DNA from: an uncultured Gemmatimonadales bacterium
GTDB taxonomy: Bacteria; Gemmatimonadota; Gemmatimonadetes; Gemmatimonadales; GWC2-71-9
Length of the DNA: 64,000 bases
Direction: 5' to 3'
Assembly: GCA_963821525.1 (NCBI GenBank)
Contig: CAWGED010000012.1
Location: forward strand, 1-64,000
Shown: piece by piece, positions 53,724 to 64,000 of the stretch
Layout of the letters: each line of letters opens with the position of its first letter
Numbering within the stretch: position 1 is the first letter of the stretch
Notes under the pieces: generated by a model
Told to the model about the DNA's origin: nothing
Seen by the model: the letters and a program-made list of their open reading frames with translations, nothing else
The model's database searches: none
Translations under genes and position numbers: made by a program

Positions 53724-54119
53724 TCACGTCTCACGTCCCCGCACCAGCACCGCCACCGCCCCCGCCGTTCTATCCGAGTGACTCAGGGAAAGCTGGATGT
53801 CGAAGGGGCCGTGTTTGGCCGCCAGCTCAGCAGCCAGACCCAACAACTTGAGGGACGGACGCCCGTCATGAGCCCGTTCGACCTCCAGGTCCTGCCACGA
53901 AACCGCGCGCGCATCGGGGAGCGACTGCAGAGCTTTGTAGGCGGCTTCCTTCGCCGCCATTCGCGCCGCGATGTGGAGGGCTGGACGGAATCTTCCAATG
54001 ACGTACTCACGCTCGCCTTCGGTGAGGAACCGGGTGAGTACCCGTTCTCCATGCCGCTCCAGCATCCGCTCGACCCGCGCGATATCCACGAGGTCGATCC
54101 CGACTCCGATCAGCTCCAT
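53724..54119 (-). CDS. acpS: Holo-ACP synthase
   Basis: GVGIDLV, AAKEAAYKA, SLSHS. Confidence 0.93.
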   Translation of the reverse strand: MELIGVGIDLVDIARVERMLERHGERVLTRFLTEGEREYVIGRFRPALHIAARMAAKEAAYKALQSLPDARAVSWQDLEVERAHDGRPSLKLLGLAAELAAKHGPFDIQLSLSHSDRTAGAVAVLVRGRET

Positions 54120-54868
54120 CGCTCCCACACCCATTCGACCGGTCCCTCGAGCGGTCCGGGAACCGGGAGATAGCCACCGAGCAGAAGACCGACGTATGCC
54201 GCCGTGGCGAGGATCAACAACGAAATAAGGACCAGCGGCCACATCGGCCGCCGCCACGCCCGCACTTCCTCCACGTCACGCGCCCAGCGGATCCATTCCT
54301 TCTCGGCCGCGTCCTCGAGGCCGAGCCATGCGGATTCGAGCCGGCGGGCGACGGTAGTGAGGAGGTTGGACCAGTTCTCCGCCGCGGGGCCCTTACCCTG
54401 TGCGGCGCGGGCGGCGTGGGCCGCCGTCTCGAGGCGGTCAACCGCTTCGCGGAAGGGGCCGCTCCCGGCGTCGAGTCGCGAGTGGAGCGCAAAGGCCTCG
54501 TCGGGACCGAGAGGCAGCCGACGGCGCAACCGGCGAGGCATTCGAGATTCAGCCGCCGCGGCCTCCAGACGCGCGTTGATTGCCTGCGAGGCGCGCTGGC
54601 TCACCGCGGTGAGGGCATGCTCCCAGAGTCCGAGCCAGACCGAACGCCCCAGTGTCGCGATGGTGAGATCGGGATCGTCCGCGGCGCACCACTCCCGCGC
54701 CTCGCCGGAACGCACGAATACCTCGGTCACGAGTTCGTAGCGGATGTCTTCCAGCGGAATCCAGTGACGCTGTCCGGTCTCAATGACCGGCGGCGCCACC
54801 AGCCGGCCCAGGTACGGGCCGAGTTCCGGGATCTCGAGTCTCACGTGGTGCTCGCTGGCGAGGCTCAC
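54110..54868 (-). CDS. Hypothetical helical protein with C-terminal TM anchor
   Basis: Long ORF overlapping both operon neighbours; C-terminal hydrophobic helix. Confidence 0.7.
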   Translation of the reverse strand: MSLASEHHVRLEIPELGPYLGRLVAPPVIETGQRHWIPLEDIRYELVTEVFVRSGEAREWCAADDPDLTIATLGRSVWLGLWEHALTAVSQRASQAINARLEAAAAESRMPRRLRRRLPLGPDEAFALHSRLDAGSGPFREAVDRLETAAHAARAAQGKGPAAENWSNLLTTVARRLESAWLGLEDAAEKEWIRWARDVEEVRAWRRPMWPLVLISLLILATAAYVGLLLGGYLPVPGPLEGPVEWVWERWS

Positions 54869-55461
54869 AGGCCGTGCCACGATGGGGTGGCGTTACCCAG
54901 GTCCTGCTCGGCAACGACCGCAGGGTGAGACTCCCGCGCCTCGTAACGCTCGACGAAATCGGCGAGCGGGTCGGCCAGGAAGGCAGAACGAGGAAGCCCG
55001 CTCTGGCCCACGGCCGATTCGATGGCGGCAGGAGTGCCTTCAATCTCCATGAGCACATCCATCCGGGGATACCACTCCAGGCGCGCGGTGGCGCCGGCAA
55101 TGGAGAACACTTCAACGTAGCGATCGATGCTGCGTAGTACGCTGTAGCCTAGCGCTTCGAGCAACCGTGCGGCCGTGACGCCATCCGGAGTCGGATACTC
55201 GATTTCCTGGCGCAGTTTGTAGCCATCCGGCGAACGAAGGGTAGGTCCCTTCCATCCGATCATGGCGTGGGCCGGCTCGCCTCGGGGTTCGTAGCTCCTG
55301 ATCCGCAGCACTTCACCCTTCGCGGTGAGCCGGCCAGCGGAATCGAACAGCCGGTCGCGCATCATCCCGCGGTACACCTCGCGGGCTCCCGCCGCCTTCA
55401 GTCGCTCGCGAGTCCTGGATGGATCCGGTACCACCGCCTTGAGCTCGAGCTCTTCAGCCAA
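54865..55461 (-). CDS. CYTH-domain protein (class IV adenylate cyclase-like)
   Basis: EELELKA, LRIR, KGP, RQEIE, EIEG. Confidence 0.85.
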   Translation of the reverse strand: MAEELELKAVVPDPSRTRERLKAAGAREVYRGMMRDRLFDSAGRLTAKGEVLRIRSYEPRGEPAHAMIGWKGPTLRSPDGYKLRQEIEYPTPDGVTAARLLEALGYSVLRSIDRYVEVFSIAGATARLEWYPRMDVLMEIEGTPAAIESAVGQSGLPRSAFLADPLADFVERYEARESHPAVVAEQDLGNATPSWHGL

Positions 55462-56152
55462 GAATCGCCTCGACCACTCGCTCGGTGTCGCTCAAGTCCG
55501 GAAACGCCGCGTAGGCTCCTGCTGCCGTCAGGTCCTCACACTGGTACGAGCCGGTGGCGACGCCGATCGCTCGTGCCTCGATACCCAGCCCGCAGGTCAT
55601 GTCGGCCGGGGTGTCTCCGATGATCACGACGTCGGTGCCGCGCGGCTCCCTCCCAAAATGGGGGTGAGCCCTCTTTGAAGCGATCGCCGGCAGATCCGGG
55701 CGGTGCCCCGAGTCGGAGCCATACGCGCCGACCCGGAAGCGGGACGGATCGATGCCGCAGGCTTTGAGCTTGAGGGCCGCCCCTTCCGCCATGTTACCGG
55801 TGAGCAGTCCCAGGACGATTTCCGATTCGGATTCGAGCCGGTCGAGAATGGCGGGAACGCCCGGCATCAGGCGGATCCTGGTCCGGGGCTGCTGCAACTC
55901 GACCTCGAGGAGCGTCACGTAGCTCCGGCACAACCCGGCTATCAGGACGCCATCGCCGCACTGGGGATGTCCGCCGGCCTCGAGCAGCTCGCGCATGATC
56001 TGGGGGTCGGTTTTTCCATCGAAGCGGATGCGTTCGAACGCGGCAGGGTCGCTCACATGGTCGCGCAGTGCGGTGGCGATGGCGCGCCGCCCGGCGCCGG
56101 CGGTCATGAGCAGAGTGCCGTCGATGTCGAACAGCACCAGCCGTTGCGCCAC
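55454..56152 (-). CDS. HAD-family hydrolase
   Basis: LFDIDGTL, LLTGN, IGDTPAD. Confidence 0.9.
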   Translation of the reverse strand: MAQRLVLFDIDGTLLMTAGAGRRAIATALRDHVSDPAAFERIRFDGKTDPQIMRELLEAGGHPQCGDGVLIAGLCRSYVTLLEVELQQPRTRIRLMPGVPAILDRLESESEIVLGLLTGNMAEGAALKLKACGIDPSRFRVGAYGSDSGHRPDLPAIASKRAHPHFGREPRGTDVVIIGDTPADMTCGLGIEARAIGVATGSYQCEDLTAAGAYAAFPDLSDTERVVEAILG

Positions 56153-56154
56153 GG

Positions 56155-56929
56155 CTATTTCACCCGCCGAACGCCAACCAGCCGCTCCCGCATGTATTCC
56201 GCCCGGGTGCCCGGTCCCCACGGCTCTTGGACGAATCCCCCGCAGGAGAGGGTCGCATGCACCAGCGAGTCCTCTGCTCCGCAAATCGCGACGTGAGTCA
56301 CCCGACCGTCTTCGGCGAAGAAGAGCAGGTCGCCGAGCCGACTTTCGCCGGCGTCCACGGAACGCCAGAGGTGATCTGCTGAGAGGCATCTCGAGGAAGT
56401 GCGACGCCGCGGGCGAGGAATGTGGTCTGCACCAGCCCGAGCAGTCAACACCCCAGGGCGTGACCCCGCCCCATTGGTAAGCGGTTCCGGCAAAGGCCCG
56501 AGCAGCCCAGCGATCAAGAGGAGTGCGGGTCGCTCGCCGACGGGCTTTGGAGAACGGCACCACCGATCCCGCTATCAGCCGGCCGCGCCGTCCATCGGGC
56601 AGGCCCAGCTCGGCGCCTTTCAGCCGGACCCGGGAACGGAGCGGCAGCCGAACGATCTCGGAGCCTGCCCCCACTACCGCACCCTCACTCCAGCCATCAG
56701 CCGCTTCCCGCCATTCCACCGCGGTCTCCGAATCAATCTCCAGCACGTAGCCGCGGTGAACCCAGCCCTGATAGCTGTCGCCGTCGAGCTGAATGCGGCG
56801 CCAGTCGCCTGTCTCCTCCAGGATCTGCGCGGTTTCACCGAGGACGAGCTGGGTGACTTGTTCGGCACGGGTGGAGGGCTCGAGGCACACCGGTGCCACC
56901 CCCGACCGCCCGATGAGCGCTCCAATCAC
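56155..56929 (-). CDS. SH3 + NlpC/P60 peptidoglycan peptidase (indels near 56430 and 56350)
   Basis: EQVTQLVLGE...GWV; YQWGGVTPWGVDCSG; GDLLFF...THVAI...HA. Confidence 0.85.
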
Positions 56930-57099
56930 TGACCGGCAGACTCCTTTTCCTGGCAGGCCTTGCAGAGCGTGACCCCGCGGAAGGTGCACATCAGGCAGAT
57001 GAAGGTGCCGCACCCTTCGCAGGGATATCCCTCCGAGGCGCGCTCCTCCCGCTCGCAGGCGCGGCAGATCATGGCGTCATGCTCTTTTAGTTCCGCCAT
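56926..57099 (-). CDS. 57-aa zinc-finger protein with four CxxC motifs (absent from the ORF track)
   Basis: SD AAGGAG; MAELKEHDAMICRACEREERASEGYPCEGCGTFICLMCTFRGVTLCKACQEKESAGQ; GTGA overlap with the NlpC/P60 gene. Confidence 0.85.
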   Translation of the reverse strand: MAELKEHDAMICRACEREERASEGYPCEGCGTFICLMCTFRGVTLCKACQEKESAGQ

Positions 57100-57117
57100 T
57101 GTGGCTCCTTCGCGACA

Positions 57118-57212
57118 TAGCCATAAGCCATAAGCCTTAAGCCGTTAAGCTAACAGCCTGGCAGCCTTGGCTCATGGGCCGGGCGTTTGGCTTACGGCTT
57201 ACGGCTTAAGGC
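57118..57212. repeat. Inverted heptamer tracts
   Basis: TAAGCCA/TAAGCCT arm facing GGCTTAC/GGCTTAA arm. Confidence 0.8.
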
Positions 57213-57225
57213 ACTCTCCTCGTCC

Positions 57226-58572
57226 TTAAACCTGAATCGAATACCTCTTAATCTTGTTGATCAGCGTCGCCCGGGAGATGCCGAGCTCAAGGGCCGCCCG
57301 GGTTCGATTGCCGGCATGGTGCCGCAAGGTGCGCTCGATGTGCACCCGTTCGAGATCGTCCAGGGTCTGCGGAGTGTGGCGACGGTCGCCCGGGCCGGGA
57401 CGGGCGCGGAATTCCCCGGGCAGATGCTCAACGCCGATCTGGGACTGGCCCCGGGCGAGGATCACCGCGCGCTCCAGGACGTTACGCATCTCGCGGACGT
57501 TCCCCGGCCAGGAGTGGCCCAGCATCCGCTCGATGGCCTCGTTGGAGAGTGCCGCGGGAACCCCCGAAACCTTCCCCTGCAGTTCGTTGAGGAGCGCCGA
57601 CATCAAGGTGAGCCGGTCTTCCCGTGCCCGGTCGCGCAGCGGCGGCAGCACCACCGGCATCACGCTGAGGCGGTAGTAGAGATCTTCCCGGAATTTCCCC
57701 GCCTCGACTTCCGCGGCGAGGTCGCGGCTGCTCGCCGCGAGAATCCGCACATCAGTCGCCACGTCGCGGGTTCCGCCCACCCGGCGGAAGGTCCGGGTCT
57801 CCAGAACCCGCTGCAATTTGGGCTGCAACTCGGCGGGGAGGTCTCCGATTTCTTCGAAGAGAATCGTTCCACCCGAGGAGATTTCCATGAGACCCTGACG
57901 GCGTTCCCGCACGTCCGCCGGCGTCGCCCGTTCGACCCCGAAGAGCTCGGCGTCGAGTCCGGCGGAACTGCGTCCCCAGCAGGAGACTTCGGTGAAGGGC
58001 CCCGAGGCGCGGGGACTCAGCTGGTGCAGCATCCGCCCGACCCAGGCCTTCCCCACCCCGCTCTCTCCTTTGAGCAGTACAGCCGTGCGATCGCTCAGCG
58101 CGACGAGACCGATCTGCCGAGTCAGCTCCTTCATCTCGGGTGAGTCGCCCAGCGATTCGAGCCCTTCTCCCGGCGAGGTGCGGAGGAGCAGCATCTCGTT
58201 GAGCCGGCGGAGCCGTACCTTGTCCGAAACCCTGGTGGCCGCGGCCGTGAGGTGGTCCATGTCCACCGGCTTGGTGAGGAAGTTCTCCGCGCCAAGCTGC
58301 ATGGCCTTCACCGCGGTGGGGACGTCGCCCTGGCCGGTGAGGAGGATGACCGCGGCATTTCTCTCTCGAAGCCGCGACAGCACCTCCATTCCGTCGAGGC
58401 CGGGGAGATGCAGGTCGAGGATCACGACCTCCGGCCGCAGCCGGTCGTAGGCGGCGAGACCGGCTTCGCCGTCCAGTTCGCGCGCCACTTCCCAGCCTAC
58501 GCGCTCGAAGTAAGTGCCGACCGTGCGCAGCACGTCGGCGTCGTCATCAATCAGCAGGACGGAATCAGCCAT
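57226..58572 (-). CDS. NtrC-family response regulator with degenerate sigma-54 interaction loop
   Basis: REC, GESGVGK, FREDLYYRL, HTH; GAFTGA replaced by ATPADV; Walker B reads FEEIGD. Confidence 0.9.
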   Translation of the reverse strand: MADSVLLIDDDADVLRTVGTYFERVGWEVARELDGEAGLAAYDRLRPEVVILDLHLPGLDGMEVLSRLRERNAAVILLTGQGDVPTAVKAMQLGAENFLTKPVDMDHLTAAATRVSDKVRLRRLNEMLLLRTSPGEGLESLGDSPEMKELTRQIGLVALSDRTAVLLKGESGVGKAWVGRMLHQLSPRASGPFTEVSCWGRSSAGLDAELFGVERATPADVRERRQGLMEISSGGTILFEEIGDLPAELQPKLQRVLETRTFRRVGGTRDVATDVRILAASSRDLAAEVEAGKFREDLYYRLSVMPVVLPPLRDRAREDRLTLMSALLNELQGKVSGVPAALSNEAIERMLGHSWPGNVREMRNVLERAVILARGQSQIGVEHLPGEFRARPGPGDRRHTPQTLDDLERVHIERTLRHHAGNRTRAALELGISRATLINKIKRYSIQV

Positions 58573-58691
58573 CAGCGACTCCCGTCAGACGGGTGACCTT
58601 GTGGTCCATGGCCCTGGTAGGAGGATGGCTCGAAGATGCGCTTGCGCGTCACGGACGCAATCCCCGGCCCCGACCCGGCACGAACGCTCAC
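58572..58691 (-). pseudogene. 39-aa vestige of a histidine-kinase HATPase domain
   Basis: MSVRAGSGPGIASVTRKRIFEPSSYQG...; GTGA overlap upstream and TGATG overlap with the regulator. Confidence 0.6.
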
Positions 58692-59590
58692 AAAAGTGGT
58701 GGAACGAGAACCCGAACAGCTCCAGGTACCACGGTTGCCACGAAAGGCGTTTCTCCTCCGGGCTCGCCGTCCAGCTGGACCGGTTCGGCCGGGGTGGTTT
58801 CGACCCGGATCTCACGGCCCTGGGCGTACCCGATGCGCCCTTCGCTGCCTTCAGGCACACCTTCGTGCAGCAACTCCCAGATCGCGCGAACGCCCTCGAC
58901 GAAGCTGTCGGCCCGAACGACCACGACATCGAGCAGGCCGTCGTAAGGAGAGATGCCGGTGCGGAGCCTCACGAAAGGCGGGATGACCTCCCCGCAGTTG
59001 GCGATCAGGACCATCGTGGCCTGCGCCTCGTATTCCACGCCATCCACGGTGATCAGGTGCTGGATGCTGCGCATCTCGGGCACCAGCCTCAGGGTCGTGA
59101 CGACGTACGCGGCGAAACGCCAGCGGTGCTTGTCCAACGTGCTGGTGCCGGCCATGACTCTCGCATCGTAACCGGCGCCACAGGCGACCGCGAAGTAATG
59201 CGTCCCGTCGCTCCGCTCCATGCGCCCCAGGTCGAGCGGACGCGCCGTGCCGGCTACCAACGCCTTCGCCGCCCGAACCGGGTGGGTCGGGATTCGCAGG
59301 TTGCCCGCGAGCAGGTTGCCGGTGCCGCCGGGAACGACGCCGAGTGCGACGTCGGTACCGACCAGTGCGGCGGCGGCCTGCATCGTGGTGCCGTCACCGC
59401 CAAACACAGTCACCACGTCCAACCGGTCCGCCACCGCCTGCTCGGCCAGACGCCGGGCATCGCCGGGGCCGACGGTGGCAGCCAGCTCCACCTTCCAGCC
59501 ACCTCGCTCGAGCGTCTCGACCACGGCCCGGACGGCGACATCTTCGGTCCGCGCCGCCGCGGGGTTGGTAATGAGCAGCACCCGGGTCAC
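58688..59590 (-). CDS. Diacylglycerol kinase family lipid kinase (YegS-like)
   Basis: TNPAA, GGDGT, PGGTGNLLA, QLDGE. Confidence 0.92.
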   Translation of the reverse strand: MTRVLLITNPAAARTEDVAVRAVVETLERGGWKVELAATVGPGDARRLAEQAVADRLDVVTVFGGDGTTMQAAAALVGTDVALGVVPGGTGNLLAGNLRIPTHPVRAAKALVAGTARPLDLGRMERSDGTHYFAVACGAGYDARVMAGTSTLDKHRWRFAAYVVTTLRLVPEMRSIQHLITVDGVEYEAQATMVLIANCGEVIPPFVRLRTGISPYDGLLDVVVVRADSFVEGVRAIWELLHEGVPEGSEGRIGYAQGREIRVETTPAEPVQLDGEPGGETPFVATVVPGAVRVLVPPLL

Positions 59591-59591
59591 G

Positions 59592-62500
59592 TCAATAGTC
59601 CAGGGACCACAGCGTGTCCAGACCGACCTGATAGCGCTTTCGATTCTGGGATGGATCGAAAGTGTTGATGGTACAGGGCGTGGTCGGTTCGACCGCCAGC
59701 TTGAAGCGAAGCGGCCGGTTGAGCCGGTACTCCGCACTGGGGTAGAAATTCGTCCCGCTGGTGCAGACATCGGTCAGCAGAGCGAGATACCACTTCCGAC
59801 CCACCTGCCAGCCGGCGGTGACCTGTGCCACCTGCGAAGCGCCGCTGCTTGGTCGCGGACACCGTCCCGCTGGAGACGGTGCCCGGCCGGATATCGAGGT
59901 AGTCGATCGGGACACCCAGGTCGCTGATCAGCGTCCGCTGGATTTCGCTGGAAAGGGCGCTCGAGAAGTAGGAGATGCCGGTGGCGAGCGCCGCCGATTG
60001 GTTCTGGCTTGCGGCGCCGCCCGAATTCACCGCGAAGCTGGAACGCCCGAACATGAGGTAACTGACCAGTTCCGTCTCGGAGAGCGGCGGGTGCTGATCG
60101 CTCTCCAGCGCCAGCTTCGGCTGGAGCAGCGTGCCCGTGATCTTGGCGATGATCTCAATCTCCTGCCTGGTATCAATGTCTTCCGCGATGTACTTGGCCG
60201 TGATGTTCAACTCGGCATTAAGGTCCGGCGTCCCGAAGTAGCGGACCGTCCCCTCTTCTACCGTGAAGTCCCGGACCACGAACCCGATCTTGACGCTGTA
60301 GGTTCCGCGCAGCGCGCTGAGCGTCCCGTCCATGCGGTAGACGTCGCGCACCTTGTTGACCGTGAGATCCCCGTCCAACTGGATGTTGGCCTCGCTGGAG
60401 CGGAGCCAGAACGATTCGCCCATCACCAGCCGGAGGTTCTCGATGGTGAGCGAGTCGAGGAACCGGTTCTGGAACGCGGCACTCAGCTCCCCACGGAGTT
60501 CCGAGATATCGATGAGCTCGGAGTCAGCCGGATTCTCCAGATTCACGATTCGCTTGGTGATCAGGTCGGAGAAGCGGAAATTGCCCTCGTCCGCCACGAT
60601 ACGCCCGGTGAGACGGGCCTGCATCACCGGCCCGGTCAGCTCCAGGTTGCCGGTAGCGTCCAGGGTGAGGAACCGCCGGTCGGCAATGGCGCGGAACCGA
60701 TTGGCCCGGAGCTTCAGGCCGAGAATCGGGCGGGTCAGCTCCTCGAGCCGGAGCACGCCGCCGACCTCCATGCTCCCCTTGCCCCCGTTCACCCGAAGGG
60801 TGTCAATCTGGATCGAGTCGCCGTTCAGTCGGGCGCGACCATTGATCGCGCTGAACGACGTTCCTAGCGAGGGCACGCTGCCTTCGGCGTTCCGCACATC
60901 GATGAAGCCGGCCAGGGCCGGCTTGTCCCAACTCCCGGTGACCTGCGCATCCATGCGAAGGGTGCCATGGACTCCCCGAACCGTATTGGTGAAGGCCTCG
61001 AGCACGCTCATTTCGGTGCTGTCGGCCACCGCCCGCACGACCAGGTCTCCCGGCAGCTGTCGCTTCGGCACGCTCTTCAGGGCGAGATCGATCGGAAGCG
61101 TCGCCTCGATCCGCATGACAGGGTTGCCGGTCTTCCACAACAGGACATTGGCATCGAGCCGGCGGTCGGCATAGTTGACGATTCCCTGCACGTAGGGCGA
61201 GGCGAGATCGCCGAGTGCCAGATCCGCGAGCGAGGCCGTGCCTTGGAAGGTCGGGGCCGCGGCGGTGCCACCCACTTCGATATCGGCCTGCACTGTCCCT
61301 CCCACTCTGGTGGTGTCACGCTGCAAGGCGAGATAGACGTCCCGCAGATCGAGTCCGATGGCACTGATTGTCAGCTTTCCTTCCTGCTCGCGAGGAAGAC
61401 TTCCTTCGATGCGGACCACGCCGGATCCGTCCGAGGCTTCGAGGAAAAGCGGACTGAAGTCGAACCGCTCCCGTCCCAGCGCCAGCGAGACCGGCTCATG
61501 CAGCCGCCAGGTATGGTCGGGCAGCGTCAGACGGGCGCTGTCCACCGCCACGACCTGCGACGGGGGTTTTTTCCAATATTGTCCGCTGGCCGCGAGGGAG
61601 ACGCTGTCCGCCAGCTTCGCCGAACCACTCCAGAGCAGTGAATCGGTGTAGCCCCGCAATTCGGCGGTGAGCGAGGTCATGGTCCAGCTTTTGGCTTCGC
61701 ACCGAATCCAGGGTAACCACCAGTCCCAGCTGAGAACGCTCCGCACGGCTCCAGTCGAGCGTGGCCGACGCGGTGGGGACCTCGAAGCCCTTCCACTCCA
61801 GCGCGCGTCCGTCCGCATCGATCCGAACGGTGGGAGCGTCCACTGCACCGGCCAGCGAAACCGTCCCGGCTACCCGGCCCTGGAGAGGATGCGGCGGCTC
61901 GCTGTCGCTTGGCGGCGTGGCCGTGTCGCGCAGGAAGGGATCCAGCGTGACGAGACTGTCGGCGGTAAAGGTGACCTGGATTTCCCCGTCCGAAGGAGAG
62001 CGCCAACCCAGTGTTCCTTCTCCGTTGGCTGCGACACCAGGAAGCCGCGCCAGAAGGGTGTCGAAGGTGAGGATCCCGTTTTCGGCGTTGAGAGTAGCGA
62101 TGACCGTGTCGAGCGGGAACATCGGCCGCGGTGCTGTGCGCCAGCGAGATCGCGAAGGTGCCCTGCGGACCGGTCACCGAATCCATGGTGCCGTTCACGA
62201 ACAGGGTTCCGGTGAGCTTGGTCTTCGGCGGTGTCTGGCGGAGTTGAGCGAGATCCACTCCTTCGAAGTCCACCAGCAGGCTGTCCCCTCCCATCTTGCC
62301 GGGGGTCAGCCGGACGCCACCGGTCGCCCGAAAGTGGCCGATCTCGCCACGCAGGTCTCCATCCACCCGCATGCTGTCCATCGTCCCGGAAAGCTTGAGC
62401 GGTCCCTGCAGCCGCCCGGGGAGCTTGAGCGCGGGGAAGCTGGTACGGAGACCATCGAAATCGAGAGGATCCAGCCGGACGTCGGTGGCGAATCGCGTCG

Positions 62501-64000
62501 TGGTCGAATCGCGGGTATCGAGCCGGGAAACTCCCTCCGCCATCGTTTCGGGATGGCCATCATCGTGATGCCGTGCCGTGCCGGAGAAAGTCACATTCTT
62601 CCACGGCCCTGAGAGCGTCCCGACCAGTGACAGCCTTCCCTGCAAAGGCAGCGAAGGCGAAACCTTCCTGATCGTGGCGAGGTCGAAGTCGGTCTCCCGC
62701 AACTCCATGGTGTCGAACACCGCACCGAGGGGCCCGCCCAGGTGTACCAGCCCGGCCAGGCTGAGGCGATTCTCGGCGCCACCCTCGACCGCGGAGTCGC
62801 TGAAGATGCCGTCGTAGTCGATCGTCAGCGCATCGAGATACCCGCGGCCCGACATCTTGCCGGTGAGAGTCCCGAAGAATGGCAGAGTGTCGAGGAAGGG
62901 ACGGAGCACGTCCATGTCGACCGCCGCGAGATCCAGCTTCATGTTGTCCGCGCCCAGGCCGCGCTGGCTGTCCACCAGCAAGGTGACCTGGCCGGTGATT
63001 CGACCGTCGTCACCCTGAAGCTGGAGACCGTGTAGCGCATACGACGTGAAGGTCTCGTCCCGGGACTTCGCCACGACCCGCGCCTTCCCCGTCATCTGCG
63101 GGAGTTTGGGCGTGATCCACCAGAAGTCCCGCAGGTCAGCCTGAGTCGCGACCATGGCGAAATCGTACAGCACCGGACCCTTGGGCCAGGTCAGGGTCCC
63201 GCTGCCCGAGGCGCGAGTGTTCGGCAGGCTCAACTGCTCGGCCGTGAATTGGAGCGTGTCGGCGCGGGTCCACCCGTTCGCGTCCAGCTGATTGATGGTG
63301 ATCGCGGGATCGCTGATCCGGGTAGACAGCGAGTCGACCTCGAAGGTCAGCGGCTCGTGGGTGGGCGAGCTGATCAGCAGGCGGCTGAGTCTCGCATTCA
63401 GAGCATCGAGGGTGACGAGCTTCCGGTATCCGTGCCGGGTCTCCAGGATGACTCTACCTGGCTTGGCCCGTTCGGCGGCGAGTACTGAAGCTTTGGAGGC
63501 GTCGGTCTTCGCAGTGTCCGGCGGGTTCCAGGGCAACAGCGCTTCGAGAGTCGTCGCGTGCAGTCTCGCGTTGCGGAGCTCGATCAGCGGCGAGGTCCCG
63601 CCACCTTTCCCTTCTCCCAGTTTGAAGATGTCCTGGAAGTTGAGCCGGCCGTTCTTCTGCTTCACGATCCGGATGGTCCCCCGGTCTATGTCGAGATCCT
63701 CGAGGATGATCCGGCCCGCCATGAGGTTGGGGAACTTGTAGCGGACCTCGAGATGAGGGATATCGGCCAGGAGGTCGCCGGTCGTATCACGGATCACGAC
63801 GTTATCGAATTCGAGCGTCCTCCAGAAATTGCCGGAGACTCGCGCCACCTCGAAGCGCCCGCGCATGACCCGCCCCAGCTCTCCGGCAACCAGCCGGCCA
63901 GTGAGCAAACGGCCGGTCTCGGTGAAGAGGAGCGCCGCGGCCCCGCCGAGCAACGCGGGGACGGTGCCGAGGAGAATGGCGACGAACAGCCGGATGACGT
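59592..64000 (-). CDS. tamB: Translocation/assembly module TamB (5' end outside the window; indels near 62120, 61685 and 59850)
   Basis: N-terminal anchor, long beta-taco repeats, DUF490-like C-terminus (GTPDLNAELNI, ITGTLLQPKLALES, LSETELVSYL). Confidence 0.8.

Noticed and set aside
55454..57013. Apparent NlpC/P60-HAD fusion
   Set aside because: The peptidase C-terminus lies in another frame (56155..56517) with its own stop.

Overview
A GC-rich bacterial chromosomal segment. Gene content and protein style suggest Gemmatimonadota (inference, no database search). Most of it is housekeeping and envelope genes: a TonB-dependent receptor/lipoprotein/membrane-protein cluster, an NtrY/NtrX-like two-component operon, argR, PBP1A, tyrS, mscL, a glycosyltransferase/MsbA-like/PorX-like/heptosyltransferase block, the long yebC-ruvCAB-queA-tgt-yajC-def-fmt-thiE-thiS-thiG-rsmB-PASTA-rpe-tlpA-cdaR-tsaD-lgt run, an FTR1-cytochrome c iron permease, an acpS operon and tamB. 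About 20 genes, including essential ones, are broken by small indels. These are most likely long-read assembly errors, so the genes were re-joined here and many start positions are approximate. Notable non-routine signals: (1) a canonical integron attC with a cassette ORF resembling a stand-alone EF-Tu domain II, with no integrase in the window; (2) about 12 tracts of locus-specific 7-nt tandem repeats at gene junctions, mostly mirror-image pairs that would fold into long hairpins; (3) two tnpB-less Y1 (RAYT-like) transposases, each bracketed by its own inverted hairpins; (4) small ORFs missed by the ORF track: a zinc ribbon inside ruvAB, an 8-Cys zinc finger, and a 39-aa histidine-kinase vestige before a GAFTGA-less regulator; (5) sigma-54 promoters on a probable PEP-CTERM locus; (6) a patatin-ferredoxin fusion and a DnaB C-terminal-only paralog; (7) repeated leaderless-type -10 boxes. 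No rRNA, tRNA or CRISPR array was seen.
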